A program made the position numbers and the translations under genes. Below are positions 35,634 through 48,910 of a DNA stretch of 64,000 nt, piece by piece. Numbering within the stretch: position 1 is the stretch's first letter; each line of letters begins with the position of its first letter. The notes beneath the pieces are model-generated. The model saw only the letters and a program-made list of their open reading frames with translations. It did not search any database and was not told where the DNA came from. The stretch lies in the NCBI GenBank assembly GCA_964016885.1, contig OZ024743.1, positions 303,800,001 through 303,864,000 on the forward strand, in the 5' to 3' direction. Source of the DNA: Eledone cirrhosa (Eukaryota).

Positions 35634-37606
35634 ATGGAAATGTTCGACCTTGAAACGGTAAACAACGTTCAGGTCAAAAGTTTAAAGGCAGCCACTGCAG
35701 ATTTCACCACGACTACGACGGCCTGTCATCCACTCTACTGAATGTGAAGGCAAAACTAAAAAGCTACCATCACAATCTTCTGGCATAGCAGCAGTATCAT
35801 CTGAAAACGACATCACCACCACCGCCACCACCACCACCACCACCACAACAACAACAACTCAGAGCAATAACGACAAAAACACCGACAGCTTCAATGTAAA
35901 CAAGGATGGCGGTGGCAACAGCAAGAATGACAACAACAACAATAAGAGAATCAGAAACACCACATGTGCTGCAGCAGCAGCAGCAAAAACAAAGCTCTTA
36001 TTGAATATCGATATTGATATTAGCGATAAAGACGAACAGTTAGCCAAAGCGTGGAGGCTAATTAAACGGGAGAAGTCCTGGGCAAACCTGACCATCCCGG
36101 ACGAGGCAATAGCGGCCATGCAAAGGAGGACGGTGCTCTTTCGATGTATTTCGGTGCAGACACGAAAAGTGGAACTTGCGAGCCAAGCAGAGGTAGAGGC
36201 TGCGTTGGAGTACATCGGAAGTAACATAGAGTACAAAGCAAGAGGCAAACAGTTCGGTACTATCTCGGTACTGTTCAAATCCGAGGCCCTCGCTATTAAG
36301 CACTCGGTGATCCCCTGCAGAACGGAACGCATTATCATGCATCTGTCCTATATGGGTAAAAGGACAGTGAAGGTACGCATTCCCAGCATCCCACCAGGAA
36401 TGAACATATGGTGGCTGCTGGGATGCGTAATCGAGGAGGGGACAGACACCACCCTCCTGGACATCAAAAGGACAGAGAGAGAAGACTGGTCCGGAATGGA
36501 TTTGGAGATTCTTCTCCAAATGAAACCGGAGGATATAAATAACATCCCAGATTTTGCCCGCCTGCAGGACGGGACAACAATCCAACTAATGATTGACGGA
36601 AGAAGGCCACGCTGCTTCGTTTGCGGGGAAGCCACGCATTTTCAAGCCTTCTGCCCTCAGCGCAAAAATGCAGGGGGTCGCAAACCTCCTTTGTTGCCAA
36701 CGCCAGTGTCAGCACGGAAAGCTGCACCACCACCACCACCAAAAACAACATCAACAAAAACACGGACACCAACATCAAAAGCAGCTGGATCACCACCAAC
36801 ACCAAAACCAATCCAAGGAGAAAACGAGGAAAGCTCTCCCACTCCCCCTACCCCCCCCCCAACTATATACATAGACAAAACAAAAATAAACGCACACACA
36901 GACACAGAGACACTCACAGACACAGACCTTTTGTCTTCCAGCAGCGAAGATGAAGGAAACCAAAAGTGCAAAAAAACAGAGAAAACTCACACAAAAAAAA
37001 AAGCCCCTACAAAACGCAAAAACACACACAACAAAAAATACAGACACCACTAACGCAGACACTTCCCCAATAACATCAGCACCATCAGCAACATCGACAC
37101 CACCTCCACAATCCCCGAAACGCAAACAACCTAAACAAATACAAGTACAAATAAACACACAAATACCTGAAATTGCAGACACCACACCTACAACAAACAT
37201 AGACATACCTGAAACAACACCACCAAAACCATCGCCACCACCTTCACCAAAACGAAAACAAATAAAACCACACCAACAAAATGTTAAAAACTTCGTGCTT
37301 GTCAGAAGGGCCAACGATAAACTGATGGCCCTCTTAGCGCGAAGCGAGGACATTGAAACAGAGGGGGAGATTTTTGAAATGAGCACATTTTGCGTGCCAG
37401 AAGATTTGCTTCTGGTCCGAATGTCACTCAATTATTTCAAAGAAATTCGAGAGAGCTTTCCTCAAGACGTGGGAAACCCGAATGTGAAACCCACATCAAG
37501 ACTTTTAAAGGGGTTCCCAAAAGAAACCCCACCAACCATGGAGGTCGAACCATCCGACCTTCACAAGACCCGGGAGGTAAGTAAACCTTCCCTCTCTCTC
37601 TCTTAG
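35634..37606 (+). pseudogene. Tx1D ORF1 (RRM-like region + CCHC zinc knuckle), disrupted
   Basis: GKQFGTISVLFKSE, the knuckle CFVCGEATHFQAFC, a Pro/Thr linker with a frameshift near 37000, and a C-terminal block ending FPQDVG...*. Start codon uncertain. Confidence 0.82.
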
Positions 37607-37615
37607 CTTACCAAT

Positions 37616-40600
37616 ATGGCCATATTAAGAGTAGGAAGTTTAAATGTTCGCGGCCTGGGGTCACCCTGGAAGCTGGGTCGCCTGCTCAACGACCTCCGGT
37701 CGCTGGAAATGGATGTGATTGCGGTAAGCGAGACCAGAATTTCCGACACGCGTGAACTAGCCCCCATTTTCGACGACTATCAGATCTTCGCATCTGTTAG
37801 CAGGCCGGGAATGGGGGGTGGGGTGGCAGTGCTGTTTAGAAAAAGGACTGGATCTCGAGGTAAGGTCGATCTTCCGGGACCCGGACGGTAAGTTGGTGGT
37901 CTTGGATGTGAGCAGTAGCGAAGGTGGTGCCTTTAGACTGCTGGCCGCCTACGCCCCTACAGGGGCCGGACGACCTACCTCTTTAGGCGCCTGGAGACCT
38001 TTCTGGGTACGTCTCGCCCTTTACTGTTAGGGGGGTACTGGAATGGCATCTTAGACGCACGCTGGGATTGTGTGGGAGTAGCCGATAGGAGCGGGGGGTG
38101 CAAAAGCCTCAAGCACCTACTCAGCCAGTTCCAACTGTCTGACAGGTATCGACTAGATTTCCCCAATGTGCCAGTATGGACATGGACCAACCGAATGGGG
38201 TCATCTAGATCGTATATAGACAGAATCTTCATTAGGAAAATAGATAGAAATAGTGTGGGCTGTCCACTTTTTAAAACGGTCGCCTATACAGATCACAAGT
38301 TTGTGATCTGTACGGTTGACCTAAATAAAACGCGTAGGTTAGTACCGGGTTACTGGAAGCTGAACATGTCATTTCCGGCACGTAAGGCTTACAGGGACCG
38401 AGTCAATAAGTTAGTTAAGCAAAAGTTGACAGGGGGGATCATCAACAACAGATGGTGGGGGGCTCTCAAAAGAGAGATTAGAGTAACTTCGATAGAGTTC
38501 AGCAAAGAACTAGCGTTAGAGAAAAATAGAAAGGAGGAGGAGCTGGTAGATAAGTTAGACGAGACTATTTGTAGTGGCATCGCAACTGACGTGCTAGCGG
38601 CGAGAATGGCATTAGACCATTTCTTCAATGCCAAACAGGAAGGTTGCATTGTCAGAGCTAAGGCGCGTGCGCTGATAAACGAAGGAACTAAAGCTGTTCG
38701 ATGGGCCCGCGTGGCGGAGGCGCAGCGTGGTAATAAAACCACAATTCGGTCTTTGGCGGACCGAGACGGACACGAGATAAGCGATTCCAAGCGGATGTGT
38801 GAGGCCTTTCGCCAGCACCTTGCTCGGTTGTTCGGGGAGAGTGGCGGGCCAGAGAGAGTAGCGGATTTCAGTCCCTACCTTGACGGCTTGCCGCGCATCT
38901 CGACGGTCGACGCTGAGCGCTGCGAAAGGCCGATTACTTCAGCCGAAATTCAGGACGCCCTTGTCGGCTGCATGAGGCGCAAGTCACCAGGCTTGGATGG
39001 CCTGCCCTACGAGCTTTACGTAAATATGCCAGACTTGTTCTCCGAAATCCTTGAAGCACTCTACTGTAACTGGCAGCAGAATGGGAGTATTCCCAGTTCT
39101 GTGAGAAGGGGAGTCGTGACGCTGATAAGGAAAGACGAGAACAAGAGGGATACATTAGACAACTTGAGGCCCATAACTCTGTGCTCAACACAGATTTTAA
39201 AATGTTGGCCAAGGTGTTAGCAAAGAGATTGGCGCTTGTCGTCGAGGATCTAGTTGGGGAGGCGCAAACTTGCGCAATCCCAGCCAGGTCCACACACGAC
39301 AATCTCCACCTCATGCGATACATCATAGAGAGGGTAGGGTGTAAACCTGGCTTCGTTGGGGCATTGATCAATTTAGATCAATCGAAAGCATTTGATAGGG
39401 TCGACCATCGGTATCTGGAGTTTGTCCTCAAAGCAGCTGGCTTCGGCCCTGTCTTTAGAAGCTGGATCGTTGCAATGCACAGCGGCACACGGTCGGTGGT
39501 CAAAGTTAATGGCCACCTCTCGGAACCATTTCGGCTCTCCCGATCAGTCCGTCAAGGGTGCCCTCTCTCTTCCCTTCTGTACGTATTGACTCTCGAGCCT
39601 TTACTGCGGAAGCTGGAGCTGTTGCAGGGCATCCCGCTCGAACCGGGACGTGGAAAGGCGGTGTCGGCTTATGCGGACGACATCACCGTGATGGTGTCGA
39701 ACACCTCAGGAATCGAGGTGGTCGGCACCTTATTGAAAGAATATGAAAGGTTGACAGGAGCCAAACTTAACCCGGAAAAGTCGGTGGGCTTGCAGCTCGG
39801 AACCTTGAGAGGCAAGCCCATGCCGTCCAACAGCGTCGTGGGGCGCTGGACGGACGGACCAGTAAAGTTGCTCGGGGTTTGTTTCGGACCAGACCTCCAG
39901 GTGGAAAAGAATTGGGACGAGGTAACGAGCAGAGTAGCCAGTCTCACCCAAAAATGGGCTGGGAGGAAGGTATCACTGAAAGGTCGCGCGGAGGTGGCGA
40001 ATAATACATCGCGTCCGTCATCTATTACCGCCTAACCGTCGTGCCTTGCCCCCGTCCGCGCCTCGTCAAGTTGGAACGGCTCCTCTTCAAATTCTTGTGG
40101 AGGGGACAAGTTCCGTTGGTAAGGCGGTCCATCTGCTGCCAGCACCCTCTACACGCAGGGCTGGGCATGCCGTGGCTAATGATGCGCATACATGCGTTGA
40201 GGCTGCGACATCTCCAGATATTCTGCCTCAATGGTGAACAGGTGTGGTCGCCGTTTATCAGACGGGCCTTTCCGCAGCTCATTTCTTTCACTGAGCTGCA
40301 GTCCTGGGTCAAGAAGAGACCGAGACTGGGTGAGTGGCACCTGGAATGTTGCCAGGCACTGACTGCCCTCTACCAAGCGGGCAATGCGATCAGTGGAACT
40401 TCCACTCTCGAGTTTTATAGAGGATTAGTGGTGGGCAAGTGCGATGACGCACTCGGAGAAGCTTTGGGCCTCGACGAAGTCGAACTGACCAGTCTGTACC
40501 GGAGGACTTTTGAGCCGGGGACGATGGACAATTTCCAGAAATCCCTCGCTTGGCAGTGCTACCGGGGGGCACTGCCGGTTCGGGATAAACTCTACAGGCA

Positions 40601-41039
40601 CCGAAGTGCTGTCAGACGGACCTGCCCAAGATGCGCACAGAACGACGAAACCGTTCTGCACGCACTTGTCCAATGTCCGTGCATTACTGACTTGTGGATT
40701 TATGTCGAACAGCTACTGTCGCATGTGGAACGAATCCAGTTATCAGCCGAGTACATAGTGAAGATCGAGCCGCCACCTTCCTTAGGTCAGGGAGAGCAGG
40801 ACATCTTCCTCTGTCTGGTGGCAGTTGCGAAAGAGATTACATGGTGGACCAGGTTGAAAGGACTAAAGACAGACACTTTTCTCTTCGGCCAATCCCTCAT
40901 CAACTTCTTCAAGTTTCTCCTGGAAAGGAGGGTGAGGGTGGAGAGAGAAGTGCTGCCCCCCAGTACATTTGCTAAAAGGTGGGTGAATGTGGCAAGAATG
41001 GCTCGTGTGAATGGGCCTACTCTGACCATGCGCCTATAG
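37616..41039 (+). pseudogene. Tx1D ORF2: APE + RT + C-terminal cysteine motif, frameshifted
   Basis: SLNVRG, AVSET, GGGVAVL, AYAP, SYIDR, TDH, KSPGLDG, DQSKAFDRV, RQGCPLS, AYADD and CPRC..ETVLH..C. Confidence 0.93.
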
Positions 41040-41313
41040 GCTGGCTAACTTGAGGAGAGGGGTGCTCTCCTGGGTGCCCTAGAAGAGCAGGGTGGTTCAG
41101 GATTGGTGGGGTCCCCGAATCACCTCAGGGTCGTCCACCCCCTATCGGGGAATTTATTTTGTTATATTTTGCATAGTTTATTTTATATTTTATATTTTCA
41201 TTGTTAAATTAGTCTTGCCATTGTGCACTTTTACTCGACCTTATTGTAAACCCCCACTGTCCCTGTCTTTGTATTGTCCTCTACATGTCGGCCCTTGTGG
41301 CTAATGAATGAAA

Positions 41314-41315
<2 letters not shown>

Positions 41316-41356
<41 letters not shown>

Positions 41357-41363
41357 CATTATT
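41316..41363. repeat. (ATT)n spacer
   Basis: Read directly. Confidence 0.96.
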
Positions 41364-41467
41364 GAAGGTGAAACCACGCTTCTTAACGGCTCCAGTTTTT
41401 TTAAAAACTTTAACTCGTTTTCAACCGTGCTTAACATTTTATTGAACTTTTAAACTTCCTAAAAGTT
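41364..41467. other. Unassigned ~104-bp segment between two (ATT)n runs, possibly a terminal fragment of a fifth family
   Basis: Flanked by (ATT)n on both sides like every other insertion. No match by eye to the four families. Confidence 0.4.
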
Positions 41468-41489
41468 TTTATTATTATTATTATTATTG

Positions 41490-42240
41490 TTCTTTGAGTC
41501 TCAGTCATTTATGTTATTTAATTTGAAAGTTTGTGGAAATGAGTATCAAGCCGCTACCTGCAGCCACAAATATTCACGACGTATCGGAGTTTTCTTGCTG
41601 TTCCCAGCAAGCATGCCTTTTGAAGTGTTCCAAAAAGAGGGGCTGGATAATACTACTTTAACCATCCCTTGAAACTCTTTGAGATAGTACCTAGTGCGCC
41701 TATGACAATCGGGACGACTCTGACCTCATGGCAGTTCCAAATCCTTTTCACCTCCCGCTGTAAGTCCTGATATCGGTTAATTTCCTCCCTCTCCTTTTCT
41801 TGCACTCTCGTGTCAAATGAGCAGGCTACATCTACAATCAGGCACGATCTTCTTTCCTTGTCCAAAACCACCATGTCAGGCCTATTGTGTTCCAGTTTCT
41901 TGTCCGTCTGTATCCTAAAACCCCATAGCACCTTCACCTGATGGTTTTCTATCTCCGACTCTGGCTTATGCTCATACCACTTCTCAGAATGTGGTAAATT
42001 GATTACTTTGCATAGGTGTCAGTGGATCTCCCTGCCAATCACATCATGTCTCCAGCCTTTATTCTGAGTCTGGGCTAGGTGTTTACACTCGGATACAATG
42101 TGAGCCTTAGTCTCCTCTCTCTCTCTTTCTATCCACAGATCCTGAACAGTGGGCTAGCCTCCTCCTCGTAAATATGGTGTTTCACCCACTTCGTTCAGAG
42201 GGCCTGCTCTTGCGCAGCCATTAGCATTCCTTCTGTAGCC
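41490..42240 (-). mobile_element. DongC copy 5 (5'-truncated, diverged)
   Basis: Reverse-strand RLE motifs (RPDMVVLD..IVDVAC) and the DongC 3' UTR. (TTA)n at 41468-41488 and a degenerate TTA run at 42241-42275. Confidence 0.9.
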
Positions 42241-42275
42241 TTTTTTTATTTTTAAATTATTATTTTTATTATTGT

Positions 42276-45102
42276 ACTTTGAGCCTCAGTCATTGATGTT
42301 AGTTAACTGTAATTTTTGTTGAAATGAATATCAAGCCACTAACTGCAGCCTCAGATATTCAGGACGTATCGGAGGGTTTTTGCTGTTCCCAGCAAGCATG
42401 CCTTTTGAAGTGTTCCCAAAAGCGGGGCGGGGCCAATTTTCTTTAACGATCCTTGGAAACTCTTTGAATTAGTACCTAGTGTGCCTATGACAATCAGGAC
42501 CACTTTGATTTCATGGCAGTTCCAAATCCTTTTTATCTCCCACTTTAAGTCCTGGTATCGGTTAATATTCTGCCTCTCCTTCTCTTGCACTCTCGTGTCG
42601 AATGGGCAGGCCACATCCACAATCAGGCACGATCTTTTTCCCTTTTCCAAAACCACCAAGTCAGGTCTATTGTGTTCCAGCTTCTTGTCCCTCTGTATCC
42701 TGAAATCCTACAGCACCTTCACCTGATCGTTTTCTATCACCGACTCTGGCTTCTGATCATACCACTTCTCAGATTGTGGTAAATTGTTTACTTTGCATAG
42801 GTGCCAGTGGATCACCCTGCCCATCACATCATGTCTCCAGCCCTTATAGTGAGTCTCGGCTAGGAGACAATGTGAGCCAGAGTCTCCTCTCTCTCTCTCC
42901 ACATATCCTACAGCGTAGGCTAGCTTCCTCCTTGTAAATATGGTGTTTCAGCCGCTTCGTTTTTAGGGCCTGCTCTTGCGCAGCCATTAGCATTCCTTTT
43001 GTAGCCTTTTTAAGGTCTCCTCTTTTCAACTAATTCCATGTCTGTGGATCTCTAAATTCAGTTTTCTCAAAGAAGGTACTATGAAGGGATCTTTCATGAA
43101 TGTTGCTCTTTCTCCTCGTTATTATTTCGTCCTTGGACATCCCCTGATCTATTGCCTTCTCGTTCAGTTCAATTCTGAGCATTGGCTCCTTACTATCAGT
43201 CTCGTATTTGTGTAGGTTGTTTTTCTCCATCTGAACACAGTCCTCTATGCTGATAAGATCTCTTCCACCTTCAGATCTCCTTAAGTAGTGTGTATCGAAA
43301 TCACTCCTCTTGTGGAACATATTGTAGATAGTCAATAGCTTCCTAGGCTTCCTATCCATTTCTTTTATTCAGCAACACTCCGTCTCAGAATTCCCGCATT
43401 GTACCTAATAATATATACAGCTAGGGAATTTACTGCACTTATGGCATTCCTACTTTTCAGATCTGAATTTAAGACGCTCTTTACTCTCCAAATGAGTTCA
43501 GAAGTTATCAAATATCTTTGTTTTTTTTGTTCTTAATGTCATTAGCCTCCAGAACACCTACATATTTGTATCCTTCTTCAGTGTCAATTTCCTTTATCAT
43601 CTCACCTATTGGTTCGTTGATTCCGTTGCTTCTGCTCCATTTACCCCTCTTCATCACAAAGACTCCACACGTACTAATACCAAATTGCATACATTGCTGA
43701 AAATACGGACAGTGTCAACAAGCACATCCAACTCCTTATCACTCTTCCTGAAAAGCTTAATATCGTCCATGTAGAGGAGGTGATTGATGGTAAGCTCTCC
43801 CTTTCCCTACTTGTTTCCTGCTCTCACTTTTCGCAGTATAATGGCCAGGGGCATCAGGGCAAGGACAAACAACAGAGGGGACATACTACCTCCCTGAAAT
43901 ATACCTCTCTTGATCTTGACGCCTGCCAAGGATTCTCCAGTCGATGTTAACTCTGTTTTCCAGGACTTCATACTTTTGCTCAACAACTGTCTGATGTTAT
44001 CTACCACCTTAAAGATCTCTAGGCTTTTGGTGATCCAAGAATGAGGCACCATGTCAAATGCCTTTTTGTAGTCTATCCAACCGATGGCAAGACCAGTCTG
44101 TCTCCTCTTGCAATTCCTCATTACCATCTTATCAATAAGTAACTGATCCTTTGTACCACGGGACTTCTTTCGGCATACTTTCTGTTCGTCCGGTAAAAAA
44201 GTCCTTTGTGTGGAGGTGATGGTAGATTTCCTCAGACACAATGTTTGTTAACAGTTTCCACATTACGGACAGACATGTGATAGGTCTATATTTGGTAACA
44301 TCATTAGCCTTGAATCGGACTTTTATTACCAGAACTGTGGTACCTTTTGTCAACCACTCTGGTACCTCACCTGACATCAAGCAGTCATTGAACATGGATG
44401 TCAGTTTCGGGTGGAGGGATGTCATATTTTTAATCCAATACCCCTGCACACCTTCTGGGCCTGGTGATTTCCAGTTGGTTAGTCTTTTGGCCTGCCCCTT
44501 AAGAGTTTCAACTGTGATACTCAAATCAGTTTGTTGGTGTGCCTGTTCACTAATCTCATTTTGTACTGTCTCAATCCACACTGCCTGGTCATTATGTTTA
44601 ACATCCTGCTCCCATATTCGACTCCATAATGTCTTAGTTTGTTCCGCCTCAGGGATCAAGGCGTTGGCTCTTTCTTTCCCTTCAAGCTGTCCAAACAACA
44701 TATTCTGGTTGTTGGTTGTTGTCAAACATGCGGTTATATCTATACTGACTGATTCTGCTCTCGTATCGCCTTATTTTTGCACTCTTTGCTACAATACGTT
44801 GCTTCAGTTCCTCTATTATGATATTTAGCTTTTTCCTCCTAGTTTTGTACTTTATTTCCAGTCTATTTTTAGTGTGTATATTTTTTAGTGACCCATTCAG
44901 TAAGGAGTCAAGCTTTCCAATGTCATTTCTCATTTCCCTGATTTGAACATTCAGTCGTTTCTTCCACCAAGGTTCTGATCTTTCTTGTTTGTTGTTTCCT
45001 CTCGCTTTTATGCCATGTAATATCCTCACCGCATTTGCTGTTGCTTTGAGGATATTGTTGCACTGGTGAAGGCTCCTCACCTCAAGGTATGGGATGACTA
45101 TG

Positions 45103-45103
<1 letters not shown>
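42276..45103 (-). mobile_element. DongC copy 6 (5'-truncated, diverged)
   Basis: [37 protein letters not shown] and RLE motifs, with many disablements. Confidence 0.9.
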
Positions 45104-45165
<62 letters not shown>

Positions 45166-45167
45166 GT
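45104..45167. repeat. (TTA)n spacer
   Basis: Read directly. Confidence 0.97.
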
Positions 45168-48100
45168 TCTTTGAGTCACAGTCATTGATGTTATTTAACT
45201 GGAAAGTCTGTTGAAATTAATAGCAAGCTTCTACCTGCAGCCTCAGATATTCAGGACGTATCGGAGGGTTGTTGCTGTTCCCAGCAAGCATGCCTTTTGA
45301 AGTGTTCCAAAAAGCGGGGCGGGGCCAATTTTCTTTAACAATCCCTGGAAACCTTTTGAGATAGTACCTAGTGCGCCTATGACAATTGGGAGCACTGAGA
45401 CCTCATGGCAGTTCCAAATCCTGTTTACCTCCCACTTTAAGTCCTGGTATCGGTTAATTTTCTCCCTCTCCTTCTCTTGCATTCTCGTGTCGAATGGGCA
45501 GGCCACATCCACAATCAGGCACGATCTTTTTTCCTTGTCCAAAACCACCAGTTCATGTCTATTGTGTTCCAGTTTCTTGTCCGTCTGTATTCTAAAATCT
45601 CACTTCACCTTCACCTGATCGTTTTCTATCACCGACTCTGGCTAATGTTCTTACTACTTCTCAGAATGTGGTAAATTGTTTACTTTGCATAGATGCCAGT
45701 GGATCACCCTGCCCATCACATCATGTCTCCAGCCTTTATAGTGAGTCTGGTCTAGGTGTTTACACTCGGATACAATGTGAGCCACAGTCTCCTCTCTCTC
45801 TCCACATATCCTTCACAGTGGGCTAGCCTCCTCCTTGTAAATATGGTGTTTCAGCCACTTCGTTTTGAGGGCGTGCTCTTGCGCAGCCATTAGCATTCCT
45901 TCTGTAGCCTTTTAAGGTATCCTCTTTTCAACCAGTTCCATGTCTCTGGATCTCTAAATTCAGTTTTCTCAATGAAGGTACTATGAAGGGATATTTCATG
46001 AAGGTTGCTCTTTCTCCTTGTTGTTATTTCCTCCTTGGATGTCCCCTAGTCTACTGTCCTCTCCTTCAGTACAATTCTGAGCATTGGCTCCTTACTATCA
46101 GTCTCGTATTAGTGTAGGTTATTTTTCTCCATCTGAACACAGTACTCTATGCTGATAAGATCTCTTCCATCTTCAGATCTTCTTAAGTAGAGTCTATCGA
46201 CATCACTCCTCTTGTGGAACATGTTGTAGATAGTCAATAGCTTCCTAGGCTTCCTATCCATTTCTTTTTGTTCAGCAACATTCCATCTCAGAATTCCCGC
46301 ACTGTACCTTCATTTTTTTGTACTTGATGTCATCAGCCTCCAGAACACCCAAATACTTGTATCCTTCTTCAGTGTTAATTTCCTTTAACATCTCACCCGT
46401 TGGTACGTTGATTCCGTTGCTTCTGCTCAATTTAACCCTCTTTATCACAAGGACTCCACACTTACTAATACCAAATTGCATACATATATCATTGCTGAAC
46501 ATACGGACAGTGTCAGCAAGCACATCCAACTCCTTCTCACTTTTCCCGAAGAGCTTAAGATCGTCCATGAAGAGGAGGTGATTGATGGTAAGCTCTCCCT
46601 TTCCCAACTTGTAATCTGCTCTCACCTTTCGCAGTATAATGGTCAGGGGCATCAGGACAAGGACAAACAACAGAGGGGACAGACTATCTCCCTGAAATAT
46701 ACTTCTCTTGATCTTCACGCCTACCAATGATTCTCCAGATTAAGGGAACTCTGTTTTCCAGGACTTCATACTTTTGTTCAACAACTGTCTGATGTTATCT
46801 GCCACCTTGAAGATATCTAGGCTTTTGGTGATCCAAGAATGATGCACCATGTCAAATGCCGTTTTGTAGTCTATCCATCCCATGGCCGACTAGTGTGTCT
46901 CCTCTTGCAATTCCTCATTACCATCGTATCAATTAGTAACTGATCCTTTGTACCACGGGACTTCTTTCGGCATCGTTTCTGTTCGTCCGGTAAAAAGTTA
47001 TTTGTGTGGAGGTGATGGTACATTTCCTCAGACATAATGCTTGTCAACAGTTTCAACATTACGGACAGACATGTGATAGGTCTATAGTTGGTAACATCAT
47101 TAGCTTTGATTCGGTCTTTCCTTACCAGAACTGTGGTACCATTTGTCAACCACTCTGGTACCTCACCTGACATCAAGCAGTCATTGAACATGGTTGTCAG
47201 TTTCGGTGGAGGGATGTTATATTTTTAATCCAATACCCCTGCACACCTTCTGGGCCTGGTGATTTCCAGTTGGTTAGCTTTTTGGCCTGCCCCTTAAGAG
47301 TTTCAACTGGGATACTCGAATCAGTTTATTGGTGTGCCTGGTCACTAATCTTCTGTTTTTTTCTGTCTCAATCCACACTGCCTGGTCATTATGTTTAACA
47401 TCCTGCTCCCATATTCCTCTCCAGAATGTTTTAGCTTGTTCCGCCTCAGGATCAAATCATTGGCTCTTTCTTTCCCTTCAAGCTTTCTAAAAAACATCTT
47501 CTGGTTGTTGTCAAACATGCGGTTATGTCTATACTGACTCACTCTGCTCTCGTATCGCCTAATGTTTGCACTCTTTGCTACAATGTCTTACTTCAGTTCC
47601 TCTATGATAATATTTAGCTTTTTTCCTCCTAGTTTCGTACTCTATTTCCAGTCTATGTTTAATGTCTACTTTTTTTAGTGTCCCATTCAGTAGGGACTCA
47701 AGCTTTCCAATGCCATTTCTCATTTCCCTGATTTGACCATTCAGTCGTTTCTTCCACCAAGGTTCTGATCTTTCTTGTTTGTTGTTTTCTCTCGCTTTTA
47801 TGCCAAGTAATTTCCTCACCGCATTTGCTGTTGCTTTGAGGATATTGTTGTACTGGTGAAGGCTCGTCGCCTCAAGGTATGGGATGACTTTGTTTACCTT
47901 AGCTGTTATTTCTTTTAACTTGTTCCTGTCTACAAATCTGTAGGCTCATAGGTTTCCCACTATCATTATTTATTTCATCTACCACTAAGTTTAGGATATC
48001 AACCAAATCTCGTCCTAGCCTGTCAGCATTCATCTCCTCAATGGCCGTATCTTTCTCCAGGTATTATTTATCTCAGCATTTAAGGGCGGTGGATTGGTAG

Positions 48101-48896
48101 TATCAGTCGGACGCAATTCTTTCCAGCATAGTTACATCCCTTTACGATCTGAGTTCAAATCCCGCCGAGGTTGACTTTGCCTTTCATCCTTACGGGGTCG
48201 ATAAATTAAAGTAGCACTAATGCACTGGGTTATTGTTGGCATTTTGCCTAATGTAGAGACAATTATTTATTCAGGTTTCAGATCATTGTTCTCTTCGGAT
48301 GGTTCCTCTGTTCTCTCAACCTCTTCACCTACATTACCCGCTGGCTCGTTTGGCTGGCATACTCCACTCTCCATTTCCAACCTAATCTCTCTGCTCAACT
48401 CCTCTAGTTCAAGCTCGCTTATCCACCCATTAGTTCTTATTACCCGAGCCTGCCCGGCCAATTTTTGTTCATCTAATTGAAATAGACCAATCTCGTTCCA
48501 GATGTTATGCATCCGTTTCCTATAGCCTTTTCCCTTGGGTTACTCTCCAGGTAACATTGCATAACAGTTCTATTCAATTCTTTCGTCCAGTTGGTTCTGG
48601 TCCCTTTCCTTCTTCTTCTTCCTCCGACACAAGCAGTATTTGGTTGACAGCCAGGTCCCTGCTGCTGAGCCAGGGAGCACCTGGTGGGTGAGAGTCTGTC
48701 ACATGACATTCCAGTCTCCACTTCACCGTTATTCGAACTGTTTAGGTTCGACATTGGAACACACTTATCGAGGATTGGTGAATGTATGGTTACATAACCA
48801 CCGGCGATTTGATCACCCTCGGTGATTTTAGCGTCGCATCATCACGCTGTAGACGAACATAAATAAACAAGCAAACAAATAGGTAAAATCCCAAAC
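45168..48896 (-). mobile_element. DongC copy 7 (whole ORF, most of 5' UTR missing, diverged; contains a SINE)
   Basis: ORF from ATG 48754 (MSNLNSSNNGEVETG) to stop 45243, homologous to 21401-24826. Confidence 0.91.
48082..48261 (+). mobile_element. tRNA-derived SINE with a Meta-like central domain, inserted in DongC copy 7
   Basis: B box GAGTTCAAATCCC at 48151. Central GACTTTGCCTTTCATCCTTACGGGGTCGATAAA. Degenerate target duplication starting ATTATTTAT (48063 and 48262). Absent from DongC copy 3. Confidence 0.85.
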
Positions 48897-48910
48897 ATTA
48901 TTATTATTAT
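48897..48910. repeat. (ATT)n spacer
   Basis: Read directly. Confidence 0.9.

Larger units (their letters stand above)
35408..41315 (+). mobile_element. Tx1/L1-clade family Tx1D, copy 1 (full length, frameshifted)
   Basis: Starts GGCCGCAC after (ATT)n. ORF1 and ORF2 are homologous to, but clearly diverged from, Tx1A. Ends GGCCCTTGTGGCTAATGAATGAAATC followed by (ATT)n. Confidence 0.93.

Noticed and set aside
48082-48170. tRNA gene
   Set aside because: It has a B box but no cloverleaf, continues into SINE body sequence and occurs as dispersed copies.
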